In this document: piece after piece, positions 13,588 to 27,914 of the stretch
How positions within the stretch are numbered: position 1 is the first letter of the stretch
Layout of the letters: the number at the start of each line of letters is the position of its first letter
NCBI GenBank assembly: GCA_965649825.1
Contig: OZ287696.1
Span: 1,584,081 to 1,648,080, forward strand
Direction: 5' to 3'
Origin: Penicillus capitatus
Lineage: Eukaryota > Plantae > Chlorophyta
Length of the DNA: 64,000 nt
Notes under the pieces: model-generated
Told to the model about the DNA's origin: nothing
What the model saw: only the letters and a program-made list of their open reading frames with translations
The model's database searches: none
Translations under genes and position numbers: made by a program

Positions 13588-14957
13588 CGTCCAAGTTCAG
13601 TAGTTGGAATTCTTAGATGACGGTTCCGTCTGTCGTGGCAGACGGACGGCACATCATCCATCTATCAGGTGTTCTCATCTCCGGACTCAATTCACGCTCT
13701 CGTTTTGTCTTTATCACACAAGTAGAGTGAAACTTTTTTCACACAGTCTACATCGAAACCAGAAACTTACGTCCATGAATTCCGTCACTGGGTCATCCCC
13801 TTCGTCACAACTGACGGGAATCGTCTGAGATACATGCGCCGTGGTCGCGCACACGCATCACGAGCACGGAGAAACAACACCTGAGCTAATGCAAAGACTA
13901 CAAGTCGTGGGGCGCACCGTGTTCTATACCCTTGATCGCCCGCGGACGGACGTCACGTCGCGAAGCTGCGACGTGTCCGGTCCACAAGCCGGAAACCGTT
14001 TACGTCCACCCGTCAACAACTCAAGGCAGTATTATGATGCACCGCCTTTGGGCGCAGTTCTTGACTCTTCACCTCATTATGCATTTCTGCCATGAACGTA
14101 CTGAGTGGGATTACCTCAATCTGTCATTCTCCCCCCCACCTCGGTTGTTGTTTGGCGTTCTGTCTGCTGCTCTGGGGTGGCGTCTTATGACGTCGCCGTA
14201 TCGTTAATCTTTCCTTTGTGAACTCCTCATGGTGTGGAACTATGATAGTCACATTGGTGACAAGGGACAGGGAAAATGACAGTCTAATGCAATAGACAAG
14301 ACTGATGGGATGCTGCGATCGAAGGAATAAAATCAGACTTCGTGATTCATTGTGTGTTAAACGCTTTGGCTTTTTAAAGAATTCACTACGCGGCACCAAT
14401 GGCCGATTCCAAACGTGCTCGACCGAATGACATCATGCAGTAAGTTGTCTATGCGTGTTCCTTTCTCCTTTTTCCGTATCTTTCCTTGAAGAGAGCTTCC
14501 AACTATATCTTCAGAGCGGGTACAGAAAAAAAAAGAAAATGATTCTAGGTATCTGTTGAGAACGCAGTGTGAGAACCTCCATCAAACGCTTTGTCTCCTG
14601 TGTGAACTGTCGACCAGTGCTAACTGAATCCACAAAACCGCGACAGCAATGCTGCCTTTGCTGATACCTACGATCTCGCAACTTCCTATTGTCGAGTTAA
14701 GAGCGAGACATGCTCAAAAAAACGAAAAGTGTCAGAACGGTTAGGTCGTTGTATCCCAAAGCGATTAACTTGGCGATAGCATTTATCTTGCAACAACGAA
14801 GTTACGTATCATCCCTTTTCACAACAAAGATCCATTTTGATCGAGAGGTCGTTTCCTAGATAAAGAGATTGATCAGTCTTGTTGATGTTTACCATTGTAA
14901 CCTGCGACGATTCAACGCGTTGAGATCGTCGCAAGAACATTTCATTGTCCAACTACG

Positions 14958-15431
14958 ATGAAATCCAAAGAAACCGAACACAAGGCTGAAGAGAATGCTT
15001 CGACATTGAGTTCTTCAAAGTGCACGTCCAGTTCTTTCTGGACACGCACATTACGATCATTCCTGAACGGTCGGCGCATCGATTCTGCTATGCCCTACTG
15101 AGTGAGCGTCATTCTCAGCATGGGACGTGGTCGACAACGAACTCTCCGAGATATTTGGACTTAACCAGTCCAAGTATCAGTGGGCAGTCGATGCCTATTA
15201 CAGTCAAAAACGCGAGGTGATTTTGCCACGAACGCATTGTCGAACGCAAGGCGGCGATCTCGTTACACCAGGAGCTGCTGGACGGTTTCGGGTGGAATAA
15301 AGAAGAAATCGACCAACTCGCTGAAGAGGTGTGTATCAACGCATCCTTGCTTTCGGTGGCGACGTTGCTGTCAGACAGAACAAATGAACGCGATCGAAAT
15401 GCAGACGATGTGCCGCCTGTCTGAGGATTAA
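14958..15431 (+). CDS. Small hypothetical protein (4 exons; not seen as one ORF in the track)
   Basis: ATG 14958 followed by GT-AG introns that splice in frame: MKSKETEHK...FLN/AWDVVDNELSEIFGLNQSKYQWAVDAYYSQKRE/..ERKAAISLHQELLDGFGWNKEEIDQLAEE/TEQMNAIEMQTMCRLSED*. Confidence 0.55.
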
Positions 15432-15781
15432 GTGCCAGGTCCTCGTAGACGTCGTTGCAATGAGCTCTCGGGCAGAATATCTTTGTGGATGAGGCAGATG
15501 CCGAGCCAGTCGCGGACGGATCAGAATAGAACTGTCGCAGAATGTTTTTTGTTAAAAGAGGGGATGTTCAACAGGATGAATTGACCTATTTACTGGTACG
15601 TTCTTCGGCGCATGTCCATGAAAAACCTCTCTTGCGTTCACCGTAGTCTTCCAACAAACCGTAGGTTTACGATCATCTTATCTAACAACAGCAATGAATG
15701 ACACTGCGTTCTAAGGCAGATCAGCAAAAATCACAACTCGGGCATAGTAAGTTTCGTATTACGTGAAAAAACAACGACTTC

Positions 15782-18700
15782 CTATTGCAAGTTATTCAAA
15801 TGGTCTGTCTGGGTATCGCTACTTGAGGCCAGCAATGGAATCATCGACTTTCTTTCAAAAAATTCCCACGGAGGGATGATTCTGACCCAAGACATTGCAT
15901 CGGCCAACCTCTTTGCCATTTCATTTAGTTTTCTAGCTTTGTGTATCCAAAACATTTTCATCACACGTCCGATGCCTCCTTCACAATTGACATCATCAGA
16001 AAGAAGGGAGTACTTAATTTCCATGTACTTATATATCGACAAGTAATAGCCAAAAATAAGAAAAGAGCTCAAGTTAAGTGCAAACATGAACAAAACTAAA
16101 CAGGCCTTGACGACTTCCGATGTCGTCTTTGGATCGCTCAGAATGACACCAGACATCACGGTCGATGCACTGACGAACAGAGAGAGTCCTTCCAAGAAGT
16201 TCAATGGCCCAAGGTTGTCCTGATACGGCCAGAAGGAAAGGTGCAAATACAAAGCGGATAAAAACACGCAAACTAAGAGGTTTCCCTGTAGACTACCACC
16301 GAATTTGTAAGCGAATATGACAACTGAGGCGATAAGAGCCTTTCGTAACAAAATGATACAGTCCCAGAACGCAAATCTGGTTCTAAAACCGTTAAACAGT
16401 ATCCCGAGAGTGACCTGTATCCATTCACAGTTCAGTTCATTCTTCCTCTGTGCAATATTGGTGACCGTTGCCACGATCATCGGATAGACGAGAACAAAAA
16501 CGAGTAGTGGCAGTGCAATACTGTAGGCAAGAATGCGATGACTGCCAGTAAAGCATTGAACAGAGGTGTCCGCCACCCAACGAGAGTGAGACGAGTTTAC
16601 ACTTTCGAGTGAATTGGAGTCGAAAATATCAACGCAGTAGAAAACGTGGATGACTGTTTGAACGAGAGAAAGATAAGACACGTAAAGAACAGAGACGATC
16701 GTCAGAATACACCTTTGGATGAAGTATGACCATGACTGGCCAAGTGCAAGCGTTTTGCACACCCAGTAAACGCAAAAAATGCCAATAACGAGGAACGGGG
16801 AGAATATTGCTAATATTGTCTGCAGTACAGATCGAGGTATTGCTCCATTCGACGGAAGAAGACACTCGAAGGAGAAGGTATACACGTCACTCACTGTGCC
16901 ACTCATCCAATCTGCACAAGAAGAACACATTTCAGAAGACCGTCATAACACACACTGTTCCCTACTCCATGCCTCCAGGAGTCGAATGATGCAGGATGAC
17001 CACGCAAGTTCGAGAGATAAACTGGCAGAGATAGATTGCATGAAATTCAGCACGATCTGCAACAGACGATTGATTTCTGAGGGAAGAAGAGGAGGAAGCG
17101 AAACTTGTAGGACGAGAACAAATTCTCTCTTTGCCTTCTGGGCTTCCAAGGCATAGGCATGTGTCGACTGGGCAGTCTCCATCATCTCTTCGATGTTGTT
17201 TTGTGTGTTTCCCAATCGAAGTGTTTCCATTCGTCGCAGCCACCTTATCTTGACATGTTCCAGATTGCTGCTGATCTGTTCCCAGGAGGAGTACATCAGC
17301 AGGACACCAAGAAATACGATAGCGATAACGATCAGAAACCGATTTCGGCAGTAACGACAACGCGACAGTCCCACCTTTGCATAATCGTCTTCACATGCTC
17401 CACAGAGAGCACCCTGATAGCCGTTCTTGCATTCTGCATGCTGATAGCTTTCGATTTCTTCCTCGAGGAAATCGCATGTCTCCGCATCATTGCCCGTCAG
17501 AATTCGTTCCAGCTCGGAAACATCCAGTCCGCGACAAGCATCTTCATGCAGACATCGTTGAACATGCTGCGAGCATGGAAATGCATTCCAGTAGGTGGAG
17601 GTGGGGAGTATGAACTCCTCGGTGCAGTCAGCGTTGTCTGGACACACTTGACAGATTCCTTTCTCGGGATCGAAGTTATAGTGACCAGCTTCACACTCGA
17701 TACACTGCTTTCTGTCTCTTCGTGGGTATTCATTGATCACACATTGGCGTATTGTCACATTGAGAGTGATGCTGTTGTTCTTGGGCATATCAGGGATACT
17801 GGTGACAGCAGAGTAGTCTCCAGGTTTAACGAATGGAGGCCCTGCTGTGATGTTTCCCTCTCCTGATGTCAGATCGGCAATCATGTCATTGGAAAGCAGA
17901 CCGTCTGGTGAAGACATGACTGCTGTGACGTAAGACGTATAGTCTGGCACCCATACGTAGGAAAGTTCTGCCAGATCGAAATTCACAGTACGAGATGTCT
18001 GTCTAGCAGGACCCTGGCCAAAGGTGTCGTACATTGAGATCTGAAGTCGTGGAAGACTGTCGCCGCTTTTCCATTTGTCGATATGGTGGGCTTCTTTCTG
18101 AGCAAGAGAAATGATGGTCCCATCTTCGTAATACAATGTGGCGTAGAAGCTGATTGCTGGCGTGGCGACGTCCCGGCCGTAGCCTCCTTCCTCAACAGTG
18201 TTTCCTTGCATCTCTTCGCAGCTCAGATCGCTTACGTAGGACGTGATGGCGCCAGTTGCAAGCTCTCTTGGAGATTTTGTGCAGTTTTTGGCAAATAGTT
18301 TGAGAAGATATGCTTTTTGGGCAAAAACCGCACCTCCTGCTATCTTGGCGTTGTTGTTTGAGAACGTCAGTCTGTCGCCAAATCGACAGTCAGGGCATTC
18401 TCTTGCCGGATTTGCCTTATCATCATAGACGATTCCATTTCCATCGGCAGATTCAGAATAGCCGACATAAATCGCTCCTGCAGTACACAGCGAAGAAACT
18501 CTGTTGACACATAGCCACAGGCAAACGAAGCAGACGGACCTCCAATGGATGCGCTGTTATGATGAAATCTCGTCGACCTTATCATGGGCCGGAACACGAC
18601 ATAGAAGCCTCCGGTCGGTGCAACACACGATTGGTCGTGTATGAGGATAACACCTCCTCCATACATCGAGGCTTCATTGTCCAAGAAAAAAGAGTCTTGA

Positions 18701-21241
18701 ATGATAAAAGCGCCAGGACCACTGAAGCTGACGCCTCCTCCAAATCTTCCTTTGTTACTGAGAAAGGCCGTTCGGTGAATCTGGAAATCGACACTGCCGA
18801 TGGACAGCAGAGCGCCTCCGGAACCGATGGCGCTGTTGTTTTGGAAGACACTGTCTGTCACGATCAATCCGCACAGCCCATGGCCATAGAGAGCCCCTCC
18901 ATCGGCGGCAATGTTATCTTCAAAGGTACATCTGATCAGTTCCAAATTGCCACACTTTCCGTTCGATGCATAGTGGATGGCCCCTCCCAGGTTTCCTTTC
19001 TTTGTGCCGACGGAATTGGCAATAAACTTTGTCGATTCGATCTTGACGTTTTCTGTCCGATCGATGTGCACCGAACCGGATGCTGGTCCAGTTCGTTCAT
19101 CTACGGATCCAATGTTGTTCATTGCCGTGCAGTTCAACATGTGGAGCTGATGAATGTCGGTTGCATAGAGAACGGAGGCGCCTCTGTGTCCATAGAGATT
19201 CCATGATTTCACTTCGTTTTCTTCAAAGTGGCTCCCTTTGACGGCGACATCAAGTCTTTTTCCAGTCGCATAAATGGTGCTTCCAAGAAAGAAATTGAAA
19301 GAGAAATTGCAGTCAATGATATTCAGACTTGAGGGAATAGCAAAACAAGGACGACTTCTAAAGTATACAGCGTGGCCGAAATCGCAGCAATGCATATCGG
19401 AGAAACGCGACCTTTCAATCCAGACTTGGCCACTGATATCGACAAAACGCAATCCACTTGCCAGAGCGCCGATTGCGTCAGTGAATGAACAGTCCTTGAC
19501 GTTGAAAGAAACGTTGTGTGTGTCAATGATGACAACCATTCCTGTGCTGTCACCCCAGCTACCAAGTATGCAGCTTCCCTCAGCCTGATGCCCAAAGCTT
19601 GTCGATTCCAACAACACATGCCCATTGTCAAAACGTTGAATAATCAGAGAACCGCGAGCTTGGGTGGATCGTTGGCGGCTAACGATGCCGTTCGCTGCGA
19701 AACGCGAATCCGAAAGGGTCAGTTCAGATGCTGCATCTGCAGAGCCGTTTACCGAAATGCATCCCCCATCAAGGACCGTGTTTCCTTCGAAAATGGACTC
19801 CCTGATGATCAGGCTTTTGACAGAGGAGGCGAGGATGCATGCACCATCCGTCGCTGAGTTGTTGGTAAAGACCACAGACTGAACCACAACACGGCACTGA
19901 TCTCGCAGATTCAGACATCCGCCAGGATGATCATGGTTGTTACGATCAAAGTGGACGCCGTTGAGGGAGACGTTGCTTTTGGAGGCCACAATAACTGAGC
20001 CAGTGCTGCCTGTGTTGCTGACAAACTGCGATCCTTCACCGATCGCCAAACTTCCGCCATCGATCCAGACAAGCGGACCGTCATTATTAATGGCTGTCAC
20101 ATTCTTCATGATGGTCATGGAAGACATCGGAAATATAAATGCAGCATTATCTGCCGACATCATTGCGTCATTGTCTGTTGTCCCAGCATCCCTACATCCG
20201 GCCAGACATCTCAAATTGCTGTCCGACAGAATCATGCCTCATACGTTTCGTGGTTGGTGATGTGTTTCCAACTGGAACGTATGCTTGGCTCTCCTGTCGG
20301 TTCATCATCTTTTGTAAAACCGTTGTTCATTTGAAGCTGTCGTCGCTGATTGTTATCTTTGACAGTAATGTCTTCTAGTACATTGTCGGCCGCGAATCCG
20401 AGACCCAGACGATATTCATTCATTAAGAATGCATACGAACGCATTCTGATCTTCGCACAGGATGGATCGTGAACAAAGAAGCCGATTCGACCACCCGCGT
20501 TATGATTTCTGATGAATGCGCCGCCGATCAATTCGAACACCATAGCTTCTCTTCGGCTTCCATCGCAGGTCACATCAATGACGTTGAGATCGTAAGCCTG
20601 CTCGCGGAAAAAACAGTTCTGAATGTTGATGTTCTCCAAGACGACATTCGCATTCCTATCACATCACACAGCAGATGAGATAATCGAACGCGATCGTTTC
20701 GGATCGCGGACTTGATGAGAAAGAGTCCGTCGTCTGGAGGGCACACCATTGTGGCTTTTGTATCGGAGCCTTGCGCCGTCGATGCGTCTTTTGCCTGGAG
20801 TTGTCTGATTTCGATATCTTTGAAAATGCGAATGCGCCGACGGGGTTGAATGATGCGCGTGGAGTTCAGCCATAGCACATCGCCTGGTTTCGCGCAGTCG
20901 ATGACTTCTTGAATTTCGTGGCGCGCTAAGAAAGACGTGTCGATATACCATTCCCGACCACCATCGTTATTCATGCGGTCGATCGCGTCGGCCGACAATC
21001 GACACAAATCTCCTGAAGGCAGTCCATATCGATCAGAACTCGACGAAATTGCAAGAGAGACGTGTGAGCGCGCGTTTCGCGACGTGACGCATTCATCATA
21101 GCGCGATGAAGTCCGCGGGCGGATGGAGGGCACGTCGTTGTTCTTACCGCTACGCCATCTGTGTGCGGTGACTTGTAGGACAAGGGTAAGAACACATGCG
21201 TTTAAGTACAGTACAAGATTCAACGCATTTCGTCGTGCCAT
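15782..21241 (-). CDS. Large surface membrane protein: signal peptide, beta-helix with Pmp-type FxxN/GGA repeats, Cys-rich ephrin-receptor-like segment, ~7 TM helices
   Basis: MARRNALNLVLYLNACVLTLVLQVTA signal; repeats FEDNIAADGGAL, FQNNSAIGSGGAL, FLDNEASMYGGGV; CIECEAGHYNF..CQVCPDNADC..GYQGALCGACEDDY; hydrophobic C-terminal exon 15782-16930. Confidence 0.8.
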
Positions 21242-21305
21242 GTTGTCAAAACCACGTCGCCACAAGTGAATAAGTCCATGATTAACGAGCGTCATTTAAC
21301 AACTG

Positions 21306-24300
21306 TCATCTGACTGGATTGGCAATCAACGGACCAACCCTTTCAGCAAAAACTTCACTTAGCGCCAACTGCACCTCTAGTGGAATGTATTCGCAGGCGA
21401 TCATATTCGTCAACAGAGGGAAAATGGGCTTCAGATGACGACGGAAGATGGGATCCGGAAGAACGATGAGTGCCTTTAGTGTTGCCACGATCAAAGACGT
21501 GTACATGGAGAACTCTGCTGCCGTGGATGCCATGACAACAGGCTTTCCATCACTGGTGAGGGCCACGACACGGCCTCCTGGACCGGATCGCTCATTGGGC
21601 TGCTCTGAGGGATCGTCCGATTCCACATTGAATCGTTCCAGGATGGTCTGGCAGAGCACGATCAGCCGGTGTTCGATTTTGCAGTGGCTCTTCGTTTCGA
21701 CGTCATCGCCAATGCAGATGTGTAAGAGAATGGACATGAGTGTGTGAGATGCTTCCATTTCGAGACGGACAAGGGGAGGATCGAGCAATCGCTGTTCCTC
21801 GGGGATCTTGTCTTCTGCCTGGAGGACAGCAAGCGATTGGCGAATCTGGACATCTGTATCGACTTTCTCGGCATGAGCTGCGATTGTCTCCAACGATTCC
21901 AGGAGCTTTTCGACGAGTTGGGCATCCAGCAGCGAATGGTGTTCCTTGTAGATCTCGCCAATTGCCTAAAACACCCATCAATACAGACAATTGCCAAAAT
22001 CGGCGTCACCTGAACGGCCAACAACTGAACAGCAGCACGACATCGCACTTCAGACAGTCGTCGGGATCCCACTCCCTGACGTAGAGTCCACGATGGACTG
22101 GCAGGACCTGTCACAAGACCTCGTGTGATACAGTGCATTGCACTTCATATCTCTAGTCCGCTTACTGTTGTCCTGTTTCTTTTCGGATGCTGGCCTGAGT
22201 CGTTTGGGTGGGGTAACGAGTTCAACGACGGAAGGCCGAGTGAGTCGAGAAGTGGAATGCAGCACGTCCAATGCGGCATTCCAGATGTCTTGCGTCATTT
22301 CTTCGGCGGCTCTACGGACGAAACGAACAAGAGCAGCGATGGCCATCGATGCCAGACTCTGATGCGCCCGCTGGACAAATCCCACCAACAGTGTGAACAG
22401 ACGATTGAGTAAAGGCTGCAGGACGGCATGGAACTGCAGGAACAGGTCGACCAAATGCTGAAGACACTTGATACTCGTCTCATAGAGCCATGCATCAATC
22501 TGAGCCCGAAGATTATCATCCGTGAATGTCGTGGTGTCTGTCACCTAATCCATCCCACATTTGGTGAGAAGATCACAAACACAGAGACAATGAGATAGTC
22601 TTGCCTCGGCACGGACGTGATCAAAAATCGGCAGCAGGACGGAATCGAGAATTCGTGCCCACAGCGATTCCGAAAAGGCGTGGCCGTGATACTTGAGTGT
22701 ATCGAAGAGGACATCGAGGGCACTGGTACGGATTTCCTGTCGGGGATCGAATGTGAGTTCGGAGAGTCCAGCCAGAAGTGGAAACCAGAAATAGACATGC
22801 TCGTCTTTGTCCATAAAGCGGATGCCACGCGGTCCACTGCTCATAGACTTGCTTCTTTCCAGTCTCGTCATTGTCGACGGCGTTGATGGCTGCATCGGCT
22901 TCGTCCCTGCAGGAATGATACGTGTGGGTGATGCGACAGCCAATGAGACATCTTCAGGAAGATCTTCCACATCGCCAATGGAACCCTCTGCCAACTTGAT
23001 GGCGCAATAACGAATGAATGCAATGGAATTGAGCGCCACGTCCAGCGAATGCGGATTGTTGGTGAAGGCAATGAGACAATTGACACAGTCCGTGAACGTG
23101 GTGGTCTCCGTCTCGGTGATGAAATTGAAATGCTCCCGGACGATCTTTTCGATCGTGTCAAAGGCCAATCGAACGATTTGGGGATCCTCATCGCCAGCTG
23201 CGGTCGTGAAGACCATAAACATCGATTTCCAACCGCTCTTAATGTTGGCCACCCGTGCCAGCACCATCTGAGACACACATCGGATGATCAGCTCCCGGAT
23301 CTCTCGCGCCTTGGACTGTCGCATGACGACAACGAACGGCTTGAGAAAATCGTTCTGAAAAGTATAGTTGGCCAATTCATCTCTCTCCAGGAATTTCATA
23401 CTCAGCTGCCGCAAGGAGTCCACGGCATACATCGAGAGCTGGAGATTGGACTGGCATCCAACTTGGATGAAGAAATCTGAGAGAATCATCCAGATGCGAC
23501 TCCAGACCAGACGAATGCGTCCCATATTAAAGTGTGAGATCTCGACGATCTTGGTCAGACTGAACACGCGAGGAGACTGCGTCAGTTTGAGCTCCTCGTT
23601 TGAGACTTTGCACAGTGCTGTAACGAAGTCGACGATGGCTTTACTGTCTAACAGTTCGCTGTCGATGAACAGACGGTTGATGTCTTGAATGTCGACAGCC
23701 AATAGGACTTGGGGCGGCGGCGTATTGGACTGCTCCTCCTTCTTGCTGGATGACATGCGCGTGATGGTGTGCTCCGATGTGGATTCTGCCACAGATGCCG
23801 TCTTAGGACTGGTAGGCAGCGTATCGGCGCCCAATCTCGATAGCTGACGGAGTTTTTGCCGAAAACGCTCCGCTGCCGAGATGGGCTCTGGGGCTTCGTC
23901 ACGGATCGCAAAGAGGGAGGCATCTGTCGGTCCGCCTGCATGCATTTGATAGACTTGTTCCCACTGAGAAACGCAGCGCAGCATATCGACCCAGTTTTCG
24001 GCAAAGTTGTCACCGACTCTCTCGGCTGCCAGCAATAAGGCGCCAAAGGCAAGGGCGTTTTTGACCTTCATATGAGGGGGATTGTAAAGCATCGTGAATC
24101 GAGAGAGACTTGTGATAAAGGTGTTGCGCAGCATCGACATACCAAGTTGAGCTGTGATGCAGATCGACGCCACAAAGCCTTCCAAACACAGCCCCACCAC
24201 GTGTTGCTCATCATAGCGCTCGAAGAGAACGGAAAAGGCACCGAGCAATGGTGCCCATGCAACTTCGAAGAGTGGCCAGACGGTGTTTCCATCTGTCGCT

Positions 24301-27107
24301 TCAAAAAACGTCACTCCTTTTGCCTTTTCGCGCAGATAGTCTTGTGTCCTCTTAATGGCGGCGTCGCTAGGTTCGTTCGAAATAAGTTGCTTTCTTCCGG
24401 GAATCAAACTCAAGAACATGTCCAGCAAAGCAAGTCCCGCTTTGTTCTGGGCCTGGTTTGCTCCATGGACAGAGCCCTCTAGCAACGAGTCATCTCGCAT
24501 CTTGATCTCATCAGAGAGAATCCGATCGTAGATTCCGCTCAGATACTCTACTGGCAGATCAGATCCGTCATCGATGCCCTTGTTATTTTTCAAGAAATCT
24601 TCTTTCGTCATTTTATTCTTCACAGATTGATTGTGGGCATCTGTGTTCAGCATGATCATGGAGTAGGAGAGGACATAGGCGACGTCGGCGCTCTTGAAGG
24701 CCGTAGGATTGCACACGACGTATCGTTCGGCGAATTTCTCCATCAGTCGATCGATCTGTGGCGCTTCGCCTGGCAAACGGAACCCCATGAGAAAATTGCG
24801 CAGCGCCATGTCGAGCTCCTGTCCGGAGAAGTCCATCACATCCACATAGGCATGCATGACCAGAAGACACGTCGGATCTCGATCTCCTAAGTAGTGGCCG
24901 ATTTTGGTCTTGTCCAAATTATCTGTCTTCATCAAAAAAGCTGCAATTTCTTCTGGCTCTGTTCCCACCAGTCCTTTCTTTGTCATATACTCAATTCCTT
25001 TCTTCGGTTTCTTATTGAACAGATCGACGCCTTTCTGAAAACGGATTTTATAATCTCTGATCTCTAGGAGTTCGGATCCCTTTCCCCCTGCTTCGGAAGG
25101 GTTACTGCCACCTGCACCGTTATTGGCTTCTTCCGATTCTGCCATCTGCGATGAGCTCATATGCGGAGAAGAGGTAATACTGGGCAGATCCTGCTTTGAT
25201 TTGGTCGAGTCGTTATCGTCCGATCCATCATGACCGGAACGAATCGACGTCGTGTGCAAACTGTGCCACTCGATCAGGGCATTCAACATCTTGACAATGC
25301 ACTTCATAGACTCTTCTCTGACAATCGCTTCCTGCTGCTGAGCCTTTTCGGTATCTGGAGCTGTATGCGAGCCCTGTGCTTTTCGAACCAGACACAGCAG
25401 CAGTCGCTCGAAGAGATTCGAATTCTCCAAGTCACAGTCATAATTCACAAACAAGTCGATCAGCAGCTGGCCATCCAGACAACACGGTTGGAGGAGTCTA
25501 AGCACTTGAACCTGCAGACTGTCCATCAGATCTGTCTAAGGAGAGGCTGGTCTGCTTACTTGGTGTGTATAGGAGTTCGATGCAGGAATCGTCGTTGGCG
25601 GCGCAGAACTCGATGTCGGAGAGCTTCCACCGACTTGCGGTTCGATCGGTTTAAGGACGACCATTGGAAAGAACACGGCGATCTCTGCCTTCAGAGACTG
25701 TCGGAATTTGCAGAGCAGTGTCAAGAAGATGGAGCAGGTCAAACTGAGAGCTTCGTTGATAGAAGAAGAGCAATTCTTCAACATGCTCAAGCAGAGATTG
25801 TCTTTCAGTGCCGAGATAAATTTCTCTGAACTGCGGAAGACGGGTCCACTGTTCTCGAGCAGAATCTTGATGAGCTCCAGAGCTAAGACTTTGCCTCGAA
25901 CGGCTGTCTGATCCAGCACAGTCGCCTCAGATGTGGTGGAGAGCTTGCAGAGTGCACGGAAAACTAGATAGGCATCTTTCTGTAAGACACTGCTTCGAAT
26001 ATCGCCGCCGCCAACTGCCATCGTTTCTGAGGAACGAGAGGCAGAGGCATCGACGATTGGTGCCATCGACGACGGATCTGCTGTTTTGACAGCCGCCGGT
26101 ACAGCAACAGGTTCGGCATTGCGCCACTCGATGTGCTCCTGATCGGAATCGGAACTCGATTCCATACCTTCCAGATTCTTTTGCCGATCGAATGCGCCAG
26201 CTACGCTTTGACGCACGTCCTCTGCTGAAGGGGCAAAGAGCGTTTCCGCCACCACTTTGTTGAGAAAGTTCTGCACGACAGAGGTGTCGACTTGTCCCGG
26301 TGTTGGACTCGGCATGAAGTCATCTGTCACGACGATCGGCGAAACGGCCACCTGCTGAGAATTGGATTCCATTCTCTGAAACACGACATTCAGCATCTGC
26401 GTCAACGTCGCCTTGGCCGTTGTTTGATTGACAGGCGATCTGGACATCAGATAAATATTGTAAGATGTCCGCACAGCCAACAGCAGTCCATGGCCATGGA
26501 TACAGAAGGTCGAGGAGGTCACCGCCGTGAGCAATGACTTCAAGATCTTCAGTTCAATGCCTTCGTCCTGGATATCTTCGCAGCTGCAGATCATATCGAT
26601 CACTTGCGCTTGATAGGAGACATGCGGTGACGATTTCTGATGGTCACTCTTGCTGGATGATGGTGTGCCAGATTTGAGTGACGTCCCGATAGACGTCACG
26701 ACGCCTTGGATCAAACGATGCGCAACCAGCATCTGCAGACAATCCATAACCACCTCCACGAGCTGCGTCCGCTTCGTGCTGATGGCCGACTGAAAAATGG
26801 GAAAGACGGCGTTGGCAATCTCTTCGTTCATGAGCAAACGGCCTTCGGATGGCGTTGTACTCGACTCGACAGTCTTTCCTGGCGGCTTCTCCTCAGCTTC
26901 AGCTTCTTCGATTTCTGTCACGATGGTCACTTTAGGCGACATCGTTTTGCTCTCTTCCTCGATTGCTTTTTCTGAAGGACTACCTTCCTGTGGTGCGCCT
27001 TCGGTTTCGGGATCTGCGGGTTGTTGTAGGGCCACATCTGCTGCCACGATCACTTCTGTCGTCTCGGCCTTCTTGGCCTTCTCTAGCAATGCATTGAGAC
27101 CGTCCAT
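21306..27107 (-). CDS. BIG: Brefeldin A-inhibited (BIG-type) Sec7 Arf guanine-nucleotide exchange factor
   Basis: DCB/HUS motifs (KDAYLVFRALCKLS, DLFVNYDCDL), Sec7 FRLPGEAPQIDRLMEKFAERY and LNTDAHN, HDS motifs (NIKSGWKSMF, WFPLLAGLSELTFDPR). Confidence 0.95.
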
Positions 27108-27321
27108 CAAATCCTATTCTCTCAAGACAAATGACAAAGGACAGAGAGAACAGTCTTGTCATACCTTCGCTTCCTGACGCAGCTGCATAAGCTTGCGTGT
27201 GTTGCAGATACTGTAAATCTTGTCAAGGCTGCCTATCAGCAGCTCTCCGAGTGACACACTCATTCTCACTCTTTTTCTTCGGGTATCGTAAACAGAGCTC
27301 CTCAACTTCACTCTAGGCAGT

Positions 27322-27567
27322 TCAGGCGTGTTTGACGATGCGATACGTTCTTCGTTTTCTGCCTGCCTTTGAAAGACGTCTGAGCCACTGGAGGAGACGC
27401 AGAGTAGCTTCGGCGTTTCTCAATTGCTGATGGCGGGACGGTTCTAAGGGCGACAAACGAAAAGCGTCTCGGATATTCGACCTGAGTTTCTTCGCAACGG
27501 GCTCGATGACGAGACCACGTGTCTCTTTCAACAAACGTCGATACAGACGCTGCATCAAAAATCTCAT
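27322..27567 (-). CDS. LYR-motif (Complex 1 LYR family) protein
   Basis: LYRRLLKE...IRDAFR matches the LYR/F consensus. First ATG at 27567. Confidence 0.65.
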   Translation of the reverse strand: MRFLMQRLYRRLLKETRGLVIEPVAKKLRSNIRDAFRLSPLEPSRHQQLRNAEATLRLLQWLRRLSKAGRKRRTYRIVKHA

Positions 27568-27914
27568 GATGCGACGTGTCCTTGACAACAGGATGCACGG
27601 TTCAGCTTTTTACACGAACAGCCGCACAGGTGCTTGCATTTCTGCTTAACGACAGAGGACGTTGAAAAAACAAATTTGTTGTTATCGGTGGTGGCAGTGT
27701 TGGTATGGTCGTTGTTCAACATGCTGCTGCAACTATTTCATGACTCTGATCATCATATTATCATCAGATAGGGCACATGCAGAATGCAATGCATCATCTC
27801 TCTCAACAATAATCAATCAAATCGTCTCGGCTTGAAGCGATGTGGAAACGTATCGATCAAGTAAGAATCGTGCGGAATGGCTGGCCTGCAGTTCCATCAT
27901 CATTGCCATCATCG

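Noticed and set aside
13841-14399. Short ORFs upstream of CCDA
   Set aside because: No homology signal; more likely promoter or intergenic DNA (contains ACGT repeats).
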